From NCBI GenBank assembly GCA_023139105.1, contig JAGLOF010000089.1, positions 1,807-65,806 of the forward strand: a stretch of DNA of 64,000 nucleotides. Reading direction: 5' to 3'. Made by a program: the position numbers and the translations under genes. The notes under the pieces were generated by a model. That model saw only the letters and a program-made list of their open reading frames with translations. It did no database searches and was not told the DNA's origin. Shown one piece after another: positions 38,875-47,893 of this stretch (position 1 is its first letter; every line of letters starts with the position of its first letter). The DNA is from a bacterium (GTDB lineage: Bacteria > Zhuqueibacterota > QNDG01 > JAGLOF01).

Positions 38875-40134
38875 TCATTCATCTCCAATGGGTATATCAA
38901 TTTTTAGACAAGTTCCCTGTTCCGGTTCTGTATGTAATTCAAATTTTCCATGAAATGATACTGTTTTTTCACGAATACCTATGACTCCCATTTTTTGAGT
39001 ATTCATATTCATATTAAATACGGTATCTGCATCAAAACCGATACCATCATCCTTTATTTCCAGGTGTATTGTTTTATCAATTATCAATGAAATATCAACA
39101 CGAGTGGCATTGGCATACTTTGCTACATTATGCAAAGCCTCCTGAGTTATTCTGTAGAGCGTAGTGGAGATATCCGGAATAATCCTTTTATGATCACCTG
39201 TAATCTCCAGATGAATAGGTATCTGCAACCTCTCTTCATACCTTTTCACAAACCATGATAATGTTGGTCCGAGTCCAAGGTCATCAAGCATCATAGGTCT
39301 AAGGTCAAGAGACAGCTCATGTATACTATCAATTATTTTTGATATAATCTCTGCAGCATCTTCAAGCAGGCGTTTTGCTTGCGGAAGATCATGCCCCTTT
39401 AGCTCATTTTCAAGTAAATCCAGATCCAGTTTTGTTGCATTGAGTAATTGTCCTGCTTCATCATGCAGTACGTGGGCAATATGTTTACGTTCATCTTCCT
39501 GTATCCTTACCTGCTGGTCTGTCAACAGCTTCAATTGAGTTTCACGCTTCTGTAAGGTCTGGTTGACATCTTCAAGCTGCCTTGTTCGTTGACTAACAAG
39601 TCCCTCAAGCCTCTCCTTATAGGCCTCCAGCTCAGCCTCTAAGGCCATACGCTGTGTTACGTCCCTGAATATACCTTCATATATTTGTATATCATCTTCC
39701 ATCTGCCTATGAAGAGAAATCTCAATATATTTTACGTCCTTATCAGCACAATGAATATGGATAATTCTATGATTTACACTACCCTTGCTGCGCATACGGT
39801 GTGTTATAGATTCCAGTTCACTCTGATCTGCGACAAAAGATTTAATATTTGAGGTCTGTTCCAGCAGCTGAGCTTCATCATCAAAACCAAGAATCTTTGC
39901 CCCTGATTTATTGATAAGCATCACTTCCCCGGTATGTGAACAGCGGAAAACACCCTCGGTTGTAGTCTCAAAGAGTTTCTGGTATTTTTCCGCTTTCTTC
40001 CTCAAAAAATCCAGACGTTGTGATAAAATTTTCTGCCTGTATGCATATATAACCACGACAGTCAGGGCCATGGCCAGGAAGAGGAAATTTATTGCTAATA
40101 ATGAATCGAGACTAATCAGCATTTTATTCTGCAT
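38875..40134 (-). CDS. Sensor histidine kinase, HisKA_3 (NarX/DegS) type, with N-terminal TM + PAS
   Basis: H-box HVLHDEAGQLLNATKLDLDL. HATPase_c (DDGIGFD, GIGIREK). Confidence 0.88.
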   Translation of the reverse strand: MQNKMLISLDSLLAINFLFLAMALTVVVIYAYRQKILSQRLDFLRKKAEKYQKLFETTTEGVFRCSHTGEVMLINKSGAKILGFDDEAQLLEQTSNIKSFVADQSELESITHRMRSKGSVNHRIIHIHCADKDVKYIEISLHRQMEDDIQIYEGIFRDVTQRMALEAELEAYKERLEGLVSQRTRQLEDVNQTLQKRETQLKLLTDQQVRIQEDERKHIAHVLHDEAGQLLNATKLDLDLLENELKGHDLPQAKRLLEDAAEIISKIIDSIHELSLDLRPMMLDDLGLGPTLSWFVKRYEERLQIPIHLEITGDHKRIIPDISTTLYRITQEALHNVAKYANATRVDISLIIDKTIHLEIKDDGIGFDADTVFNMNMNTQKMGVIGIREKTVSFHGKFELHTEPEQGTCLKIDIPIGDE

Positions 40135-40687
40135 TAGTAAACTCTCTAATTAAATCAACAAGTACCATTAACCAGCCAAACAGTACAATAAAGTCAAGTA
40201 TACCGTAAAAACGATACACCATCAAGGTAATTTTAAAAAACATATGATAAAGATGAAGAAGAAGCCCTGATATTGATGAAAACAATAACCACCGGCGAAA
40301 TGGTCTGCATTTAATTATATAAATAATCTGTACACAAAAAAACAGAATAAGTATGGTTTTACGTATAAAATTATAAGTAGGATGACCAGAAAAATTATAA
40401 AATATCTGAATGAAAGTATAGGTTGAATCAAATAATCTATCCATACAAGTTATTATTATCGGCATGCTAAACAGAACAATCAGCCTTTTATATCCTATAT
40501 CCGTAATTGAAGGAAGAATATACTTATACAAGTAAAGAACTACAGTAAATCCCGTACCTATGAGAAAAAAGTTTACAGGCAATTGGCCAAAAGATATAAA
40601 ACCGGTTATGATCAGCATATCGAGAGCAATAAAACCTAAATAGGACAGGATAAAGATCATTATTTTCTCATAAAAGTTAATATGCAA
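40124..40687 (-). CDS. Hydrophobic multi-TM protein of unknown function, first gene of the TCS operon (overlaps the HK start by 11 bp)
   Basis: Several predicted TM helices. Very AT-rich codon usage. Confidence 0.55.
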   Translation of the reverse strand: MHINFYEKIMIFILSYLGFIALDMLIITGFISFGQLPVNFFLIGTGFTVVLYLYKYILPSITDIGYKRLIVLFSMPIIITCMDRLFDSTYTFIQIFYNFSGHPTYNFIRKTILILFFCVQIIYIIKCRPFRRWLLFSSISGLLLHLYHMFFKITLMVYRFYGILDFIVLFGWLMVLVDLIREFTNAE

Positions 40688-40831
40688 TATATGTTCATTT
40701 TGAGATCATCCATACAATGTATAAAGAAAAACAAATAAATTATTCTGAATTAATATCATCACACTCTGTGGATGATTATTTTAACAGTATTTTTTGCTTC
40801 TACTGCATTGTTATCTATATGAATTATGATT

Positions 40832-40850
40832 ATTGATTCCAGGAATCAAT
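40832..40850. repeat. Perfect 19-bp palindrome ATTGATTCC-A-GGAATCAAT about 145 bp upstream of the membrane-protein/HK/RR operon
   Basis: Read directly from the sequence. Confidence 0.5.
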
Positions 40851-40981
40851 CTTACTAACAAAAATAAAAGCATGGGACACCTGTAATTTTATAAGACTCT
40901 GAATACCTTATAAAACACAAGTGTCTCCCATGTTTTTTGAATATCTAGTTAAAATCCATTATAAGGGGCCAGACAATCTAA

Positions 40982-41149
40982 TCAACATTTAGTACGATGA
41001 GGACATGTATAACACCATGCATATGGTGCGCCATCACCAAAACAGCCCGGAGGATCTCCTTTAACAGTCTTTAAATCAGTTTCTGAAAATTCTTCAAAAG
41101 TTTTGTGTGTCAGCTCATCCCACTTCTTTGCCAGTTCTTTGATATCCAT
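40982..41149 (-). CDS. Unannotated 55-aa Cys-rich small protein (C-x9-C-x2-C-x5-C at the C-terminus)
   Basis: MDIKELAKKWDELTHKTFEEFSETDLKTVKGDPPGCFGDGAPYAWCYTCPHRTKC. Canonical SD GGAGGA (41154-41159) 4-5 nt before the ATG (41147-41149). Confidence 0.5.
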   Translation of the reverse strand: MDIKELAKKWDELTHKTFEEFSETDLKTVKGDPPGCFGDGAPYAWCYTCPHRTKC

Positions 41150-41266
41150 ATCTTCCTCCTATAATACATAGATAGTGAAAGATCAGGCTGTTCCGCCTGT
41201 AATCAAAGTAAACTAAGGGTTTCTCTCATATAAATCAATAGGGGAAAACCCTTAGCTTATCATAAA

Positions 41267-42517
41267 TTACGAATATTTTTCAACCCATATTTGTACAAGA
41301 TTGACCAAAGTCTCTACTGTTTTTTCCATATCCTGTATTGATATCCACTCTTGCTTGCTGTGAAAACTATGCCCGCCTGTGAATATATTGGGTGTAAGCA
41401 GACCGCGATAACTCAACCTGGCACCGTCAGTTCCGCCACGAATAATATTTAGCACAGGTTCAATACCCGCACGGCGTACAGCCTCAAGAGCATAATCTAC
41501 AACTTCAGGTTTTTCTTGAAGTTTCAAACGCATATTTCTGTAAGATTCCTGTACTTCCAATGAAATATCAGCCTTGGGATATTTGGCCGCAATTCTATCG
41601 CGAATCCGCCTAAGATAATGGCTCTTTTGTTTGATACCTTCCAATTCAAAATCACGAAGCAAGAGCTTTATTTTCATTTCGGAAGCACTGCCATTCAGCA
41701 CATATGGATGGATGTATCCTTCACGGCCCTCTGTAGTCTCAGGTGCGGGATATTCTTCCAGAGCCATGACAATGTCGGCTGCAATTCTTACAGCATTGAC
41801 CAGCCTGTTCTTTGCATAACCGGGATGTACAACAATGCCTTTAATTGTAAATGTAGCAGCAGAGGCGTTAAATGTCTCATTTTCAATGCCGCCTACTTGT
41901 TCACCATCTACCGTGTAAGCATAATCGGCACCAAATTTATCCACATCAAAAAACTTGGTACCTGTGCCTACTTCTTCATCAGGAGTAAAAGCAATTTTTA
42001 TATTAGCATGACGAATCTCAGGGTGATCCTGCAAATAAGCAATCATTGTCATAATTTCAGCAATACCGGCTTTATTGTCTGCACCCAACAGAGTAGTTCC
42101 GTCAGATGTAATAATATCTTTACCAATCTGTGTTGTCAGATCAGGATTCTCATTTTCCCGGATAATCTGAGAAGTATCACCTGGCAGGACAATATCTCCT
42201 CCCTGGTAATTAGCGTGTATTACGGGTTTCACATCTAAACCGGAGACATCGGGTGATGTATCAACATGTGCCAGAAATCCAATGGTTGGCACCTTAGCTG
42301 TGTCTTCAGATGAAAGATTAGATGCAAGCGTAGCCATTACATAGCCATATTCATCCATTGAAGCACTATCAAGGCCAAGGACCTTTAACTCTTTAACAAG
42401 TAACTTTGATAGTTCTTTCTGCTTTTCAGTACTGGGATATTTCTCCCCGGAATCATCTCTTGACTGAGTATCCATTTTAACATATCTGAAAAGCCGATCT
42501 ATAATTGCCTTGCTCAT
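41267..42517 (-). CDS. pepT: Peptidase T (tripeptide aminopeptidase, M20B)
   Basis: MSKAIIDRLFRYVKMDTQS...GFLAHVDTSPD and M20 metal-binding motifs. Confidence 0.9.
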   Translation of the reverse strand: MSKAIIDRLFRYVKMDTQSRDDSGEKYPSTEKQKELSKLLVKELKVLGLDSASMDEYGYVMATLASNLSSEDTAKVPTIGFLAHVDTSPDVSGLDVKPVIHANYQGGDIVLPGDTSQIIRENENPDLTTQIGKDIITSDGTTLLGADNKAGIAEIMTMIAYLQDHPEIRHANIKIAFTPDEEVGTGTKFFDVDKFGADYAYTVDGEQVGGIENETFNASAATFTIKGIVVHPGYAKNRLVNAVRIAADIVMALEEYPAPETTEGREGYIHPYVLNGSASEMKIKLLLRDFELEGIKQKSHYLRRIRDRIAAKYPKADISLEVQESYRNMRLKLQEKPEVVDYALEAVRRAGIEPVLNIIRGGTDGARLSYRGLLTPNIFTGGHSFHSKQEWISIQDMEKTVETLVNLVQIWVEKYS

Positions 42518-42527
42518 AATATCCCCT

Positions 42528-42923
42528 CTATTCAGGTCTTACTTTCTTTGTGATTATTTCCAAATTTTTATCCATACTTGATAATCTTTTGGCCATATCA
42601 TTCATGCGCCATTCCAATGATGACAACATCCAGAACTGAAAATGGATAACTTTAGCCTCATTACGTAAAAATATAAATATCTTTATTGAAAGTAATACCA
42701 AGCCCAATTCAACTGCCGGCAGCTCCAGGTGATGAGGTAAAAATGGAGCGGCTATCAATGTAGCCAGAACAAGTGTGATCATTACTATTTCAAAAATTTT
42801 TCCCAGGGTTGTAGGTTTACCGCCAATCTGGCCGACAATCTTGCGAATCTGTTCTTTCTCTTTAATAAATTGTTCCAATTCTGCACGGCTGAATTCATCA
42901 AAATCTTTCTCCTTGTCAAGCAT
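42528..42923 (-). CDS. Small membrane protein of unknown function (two TM helices)
   Basis: Hydrophobic core IVMITLVLATLIAAPFLP...LGLVLLSIKIFIFL. Confidence 0.55.
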   Translation of the reverse strand: MLDKEKDFDEFSRAELEQFIKEKEQIRKIVGQIGGKPTTLGKIFEIVMITLVLATLIAAPFLPHHLELPAVELGLVLLSIKIFIFLRNEAKVIHFQFWMLSSLEWRMNDMAKRLSSMDKNLEIITKKVRPE

Positions 42924-42940
42924 AGAAAATACCTCATATA

Positions 42941-43495
42941 TTATTTAAAGGCCTTTAAATGTTTCTTTTGAATCACACGATATGCAGGCCTGTTAGCTTG
43001 TACATACTCTTTTGAATGTGAAATAGCCGGATATTGTGACTCCCGCATCCTTGACCAGAGGTCATTAATATCAGCTCTATTGACAGTAATATTCTCTTTT
43101 TCTAGGAATTCTTCCAAATATTCCCCATATAGGTTCATTCTATCATGATCTCCTTTAGCATCGGTCCAGGAATCAATAAACATATCTGCAAGACCTGAAA
43201 CACTCTCTCCGTTTTTCTCCCATATCCTTATATTTACACGAAGAACTTCACCACGTGGATCAATGAGCTCCAACATGCGCTCAGCATTTGCAGGTCGCTC
43301 ACCCTTGCCCCATTCTGATATTATCCCCTCCTCTATTCTCTCTCTATTCATGACAGCATGACTACCTCCGAAACAGATCTGATGACACATCTTATATAGA
43401 TCTTCTACTCCAAACATTCTGTGCATCTTAAATTGTTCGGAAATAATACTTTGGAAATACCCCTTTTCATCAAGGTAGGAAAATATATTAGTCAT
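42941..43495 (-). CDS. Hypothetical protein (184 aa), no family recognised
   Basis: Clean ORF, 8-nt overlap with the upstream gene. Confidence 0.5.
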   Translation of the reverse strand: MTNIFSYLDEKGYFQSIISEQFKMHRMFGVEDLYKMCHQICFGGSHAVMNRERIEEGIISEWGKGERPANAERMLELIDPRGEVLRVNIRIWEKNGESVSGLADMFIDSWTDAKGDHDRMNLYGEYLEEFLEKENITVNRADINDLWSRMRESQYPAISHSKEYVQANRPAYRVIQKKHLKAFK

Positions 43496-44132
43496 CCTGG
43501 CATCCTTTTTTAAGGCCGAAAATAGCGGTAACGGATTTACGCGGTGACATCAGCAGACTGTCATTAAGATTAATTCCAATTTCATCTGCGCCAATCTGTG
43601 TAAGAAGATCGGTCTGTGCTGAGAGTGGCCAATCACCATAACCGGGACTGAAACGTGCTGTTTCTTTGAAATCATTCATAGATTCATTCAGATTTTTCCA
43701 GGCTTGATGATGCACCCAATCTGCAACAGAATCTGCAGATTCAGAGCCAATGGCATCAAGGATGAAAGCCTCGGTTGCACTGCCCTTTTCCATATAAATA
43801 ACTATATCTTTTTCCAACTCGCTACCAATAGTTGCAGCTAATACTGCAATGTAGTGACACCCTTTCAGCAATGTTGATATATGCCGACTTTTAATCTGCC
43901 AGGAAGTATCATGCAGGTTGACATTCTCTTCTTCAATATAATCAATTGCAAATAAATGTAAAATAGCCTTAAATTTCATTGTCAGGCTGGCTTCTACCTG
44001 CATTACATGTAGTATTTCACCAATAGGTCCAATCGGCACGCCATCTCCCGCAGGATAGCCGATACGACGAATAATAGCTTTCTCCGGTATTGGCAGTTCA
44101 GGCACATTTAATATATGGTGTTCAGTAATCAT
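43488..44132 (-). CDS. Stand-alone vitamin-B12-dependent methionine synthase activation-domain-like protein (Met_synt_B12 family)
   Basis: Motif RFSPGYGDWPLSAQTDLLTQIGADEIGINLNDSLLMSPRKSVTAIFGL resembles the MetH reactivation domain. Confidence 0.6.
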   Translation of the reverse strand: MITEHHILNVPELPIPEKAIIRRIGYPAGDGVPIGPIGEILHVMQVEASLTMKFKAILHLFAIDYIEEENVNLHDTSWQIKSRHISTLLKGCHYIAVLAATIGSELEKDIVIYMEKGSATEAFILDAIGSESADSVADWVHHQAWKNLNESMNDFKETARFSPGYGDWPLSAQTDLLTQIGADEIGINLNDSLLMSPRKSVTAIFGLKKGCQDD

Positions 44133-44137
44133 GATTC

Positions 44138-46222
44138 CTATAACTCCAGGAATGTAAAGTCCTTGCCTAATGGAGCACCTGTGGTCTTAAACAACTCTTT
44201 TATATGATCATCCATTGTAAAATAGATTATTTGCCACCCCTGCTCAGTCAACTTCAGCATCTGCTCAACAAGCAGTTTACGTCTTGACCAATCCGAATAT
44301 TGAAAAGCATCATCCAGAATGATGAATGCGGCATCATCTCCCAGCAGGTGTGCGCCAAAACCTATGCGCAAAGCTAAAAGCACTTGCTCACGGGCACCGC
44401 TACTTAAATCTGTCAATGTATAAGAAGACAATCCGTCAGAGACCATTAATCCGTCTGCTTCCAATTCAAATGAATTGTAACGACCAGTCATTGCAAATAG
44501 CGGTGCCTGCACAGCACTATGAGATAATGCATCAGCCAGTTTTTCATCTTCATCCTGTTCAAGTTCCTGTATTACACGATAAACAAGTTTTTTTCCTATA
44601 ATCTGCGCAGTCTTTAGAGCATATTCAGCCGCAGTCTCATCTCTCTTGATTCTCAATGATTCCAGTAGATCAGACCAGTTACGCGCATTCTTATCCCTTA
44701 TCTCCTGAAAGATGGAACGTTTAAGATCATCAAGCTGTTGCTCTGCGGAAAGGATTTGTTGATCAATATTATTTTTACGTATTTCCAATTTTTCAATGAC
44801 AAGACGATCATAGACGACATCTGATGTTTCAGCAATATATTCAACAGGTTCTACATCCAGTTGAGCCAATTGAATACGATAGGTCTGCAGGCTGTTTTCA
44901 AAGGTTTCCAAAGTGTGTGCAGTCTCCAGTAAAACACTTTCCCATGTGTCAGGGCCATGTTTTTGTCCGGTCAACCGGAAGATCAATTGCTCAAGTCTTA
45001 CTTCGTATTGATCAATAAGTCTTCTATCCGAAGCAAGTTGATCATCCAATAATTTTGCTTTTGCATAATCCTCCTGACAAAGTAATATCTGTTCTCTCAG
45101 CTGTGGCAGACCTGTCAGTTCCTCATTAAATCGAATCTTATATTGTTCTTTCAAACGGTCGACTTCATCTGATTGCCCACGTCTTTTAACAAGATTATGC
45201 AAGCGCTTGACAATAATCATTACTGTTGCTGCCATGATAAATAAACCTGCCAAAGCACCCTGCCAAATGCCTGTAACCGTTGTAATTCCAGCTGCAATGG
45301 CGGATAATATAGCCAGGACAGGCAGGAGATAACCTACACTTACAGATTCTTCCATCATCAATGCTTCATATAACCTGGTTGCATTCTGAAGCCATTCATG
45401 ATGACGGCTTTTTTCACGGGCAAGATCAAGTTCATTCTTACGGGATACTGTTTCCCGTTGCTTTTGCCTTAAAAGATTTAGTTCATCACGTGCTTTTTGT
45501 AATGTGTCACGGGATATCTGGCGTTTCTGCTCTTCCAGTGAATCTACCTGATGTTGAATCCGGCCAGCCAGAATTTTCCGTGCCTTGTTCTGAGCTTCAA
45601 GTTCTGTTGCTACCTTGGCTCTCTCTTTTTCAAGTACTTGCCGCTGGCCACCAGAAAAACGTTTATTCACATTTTGAATTAACTGATTCAAAACTGTCAG
45701 ACGTTCTTGAAGTATTTCACGATCTTTAATTTCTCCACGTCTTGAACCGGTGATCCGTGTTGATTCAATTGATGATTCCTGAACAGTTTTGGGAATACGT
45801 TTTTCAATACGCTCCAGAGCCTGCTGACCTGAAATAAAATGTTTTATTGTAGAACGATCAATACCTCCATCTGCATCTACAACAATCTCTGTCTCTGCGC
45901 CCTTTACAACCAATAAGCGCGAAAAATCTTCCGGTAGTCCACGATCATTCTCCCACACATCATCCAGGCGACCTGTAGTTCGTGGAGAAAACCCCATGGG
46001 ACCGCCGGGCAAGCCATGTATCATTACACGTCCTGAAGCACTGGTATTACGTAAAGACCAATGTCTGGAAGATTTGAATAGTGATCGTATAAAAAATTCA
46101 ACCAGATGTGTCTTGCCGCGTTCATTTTTTCCATAAATCAGATTAAATTTACTGAATTTCCAATCGATAGAAGATATAGGACCAAGTCCTTTAGCTTTAA
46201 TTGAATCTATGTAGATGGGCAT
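44138..46222 (-). CDS. SbcC/Rad50-like ABC ATPase with long coiled coil and a predicted internal double-TM hairpin (YhaN/SbcE-like)
   Basis: Walker A YGKNERGKTHL. Signature SSGAREQV. Walker B/D-loop FIILDDAFQYSD. Hydrophobic stretch VGYLLPVLAILSAIAAGITTVTGIWQGALAGLFIMAATVMIIV in the middle of the coiled coil. Confidence 0.75.
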   Translation of the reverse strand: MPIYIDSIKAKGLGPISSIDWKFSKFNLIYGKNERGKTHLVEFFIRSLFKSSRHWSLRNTSASGRVMIHGLPGGPMGFSPRTTGRLDDVWENDRGLPEDFSRLLVVKGAETEIVVDADGGIDRSTIKHFISGQQALERIEKRIPKTVQESSIESTRITGSRRGEIKDREILQERLTVLNQLIQNVNKRFSGGQRQVLEKERAKVATELEAQNKARKILAGRIQHQVDSLEEQKRQISRDTLQKARDELNLLRQKQRETVSRKNELDLAREKSRHHEWLQNATRLYEALMMEESVSVGYLLPVLAILSAIAAGITTVTGIWQGALAGLFIMAATVMIIVKRLHNLVKRRGQSDEVDRLKEQYKIRFNEELTGLPQLREQILLCQEDYAKAKLLDDQLASDRRLIDQYEVRLEQLIFRLTGQKHGPDTWESVLLETAHTLETFENSLQTYRIQLAQLDVEPVEYIAETSDVVYDRLVIEKLEIRKNNIDQQILSAEQQLDDLKRSIFQEIRDKNARNWSDLLESLRIKRDETAAEYALKTAQIIGKKLVYRVIQELEQDEDEKLADALSHSAVQAPLFAMTGRYNSFELEADGLMVSDGLSSYTLTDLSSGAREQVLLALRIGFGAHLLGDDAAFIILDDAFQYSDWSRRKLLVEQMLKLTEQGWQIIYFTMDDHIKELFKTTGAPLGKDFTFLEL

Positions 46223-46225
46223 AAT

Positions 46226-47290
46226 TTACTCTTCATATATTACTTTAAGAGCTTGAATAAGGATAAGATCCGTGTCAGGTTCATCCTGATTTTCAGGCCA
46301 ATCCAAAGTTTCTATTTCTCTATAAACACGTCTTGCTATTTCAGCAAGATCTTTATTCTCATTGAACTTCAAGCCAGTAAGATCCAGTCCATTTTCATCA
46401 TCCCATGAAAATTCTTCAAAGCCCTGCCTTATCCAATCTGAAATAGCAGATCGATCTGATGTATAACCGACAACCTTGATTCTCAATTGAGTAACAACCC
46501 TCTCGGCAGCAGTTAGATTCCACCGGGCAAGGTATGAATGTATCTGTTCATCTACAAAATGCCGTTCATTTTTCATTGGTAAAACAGATATTTCGGCATG
46601 AAAATAAAGCCTTTCAGCCAGGATAGGCTCTTCTGTACAATGCCCGGTCTCTGTATTGAGAAGTAAATAATGTCTACGACCAGTCTCATTAATATGCAAC
46701 GGAGAGGGTGATCCCGGATAGATTACACGATCCGATATTTGTGATTTATGAATATGACCAAGAACAACACGTTGTGGATGAAATTGGTCAATATCAGAAC
46801 GTGTTAACGGCATGTATACACCAGGCTCATAGGGATTAGGCTCCCGCATTCCTTCTACCCAATCACCATGCCCGATAAGAATCCATCTTTGGGTCGGCAA
46901 TTCATCAATATAGCGACCAATCCATTCTCCCATATTGGTATTCTCACGATATGGAAGAAATAGACAGGGCATACTCATCAGATCAAAATTTTTTATGACA
47001 GGTTCACTATAAATTGCAACATTGGAAGCTGTAATTGCCTGAGCTTTCAGTTGCATATCATGATTACCAGGAAGAAGATGAATTGTAATATGACGGTATT
47101 CTTTCCGTGTAACCAGATTTTCAAAATCCGATAGATCACTGACATTTTCATCAAAACAGTCTCCGGCAACCAGTAGATGTTCAACCTTATTTTTAATAAG
47201 GCTGTCGAGAATGCGCTCTAAAGCAACATAACGCCGGGGATGCTGATGCAGGCTGGTCAAGTGACAATCGGCAGTCACCGCAATAATCAC
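46226..47290 (-). CDS. SbcD/Mre11-like calcineurin-fold metallophosphoesterase (YhaO/SbcF-like)
   Basis: Motifs IAVTADCHL, VAGDCFDE, GNHD, GHGDW, GHIH. Confidence 0.8.
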   Translation of the reverse strand: MIIAVTADCHLTSLHQHPRRYVALERILDSLIKNKVEHLLVAGDCFDENVSDLSDFENLVTRKEYRHITIHLLPGNHDMQLKAQAITASNVAIYSEPVIKNFDLMSMPCLFLPYRENTNMGEWIGRYIDELPTQRWILIGHGDWVEGMREPNPYEPGVYMPLTRSDIDQFHPQRVVLGHIHKSQISDRVIYPGSPSPLHINETGRRHYLLLNTETGHCTEEPILAERLYFHAEISVLPMKNERHFVDEQIHSYLARWNLTAAERVVTQLRIKVVGYTSDRSAISDWIRQGFEEFSWDDENGLDLTGLKFNENKDLAEIARRVYREIETLDWPENQDEPDTDLILIQALKVIYEE

Positions 47291-47395
47291 GGGCAGCTCC
47301 TGCTATTTAGTTGTACAAGTAAATTGATTAATATTTAAATACTTGGGATAATTTACATTGATTTTCCTATAAACTCAAGAAGAATAAACAACGAA

Positions 47396-47893
47396 TTATT
47401 CATCCTGGGTGGCGTGTGTAAACATAGTCAATAAATCATTCACATCATTTTTATCTATGACAGGTTTTTCATCAGCACCCGGATCATTTGTTGTATCTGC
47501 CTGTGTTGCATGTAATTGACCAAAAAATATATTAGATGATATGATTTTACAGCCATATTGACGAACATATCGCACAATCTCATTATCTGATGTGACAACT
47601 GTGCATAACCGTGGTTGATCTAAACGGTCAACCAGACGTTTTATAAGAGGATCAGCCTTCTCCCCGTTTCTGGAAAAAATAATTTTCATGCCGGATGCAG
47701 GAGTGGTTGGATGGCCAATTCCTCCAACTCCATCAAATACCAAAGTAAGTTTGATTCGACGCTTGCCTACAAATGATGAAAGCATATTGATAAGCAGTTC
47801 TCTGGATCTTTGAAGGTCTGAATCCATCATCTTTTTTATAGATGGCATTTGATGCATTAAATTATAGGCATCAACAATATATAGCCTTCCCAT
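47396..47893 (-). CDS. NYN-domain (YacP/Rae1-like) putative RNase
   Basis: LYIVDAYNLMH...LTLVFDG. Confidence 0.7.
   Translation of the reverse strand: MGRLYIVDAYNLMHQMPSIKKMMDSDLQRSRELLINMLSSFVGKRRIKLTLVFDGVGGIGHPTTPASGMKIIFSRNGEKADPLIKRLVDRLDQPRLCTVVTSDNEIVRYVRQYGCKIISSNIFFGQLHATQADTTNDPGADEKPVIDKNDVNDLLTMFTHATQDE

Noticed and set aside
41618-42238. 206-aa plus-strand ORF antisense to pepT
   Set aside because: Fully contained in the well-supported pepT frame. Its translation is Cys/Phe-rich with no motifs.
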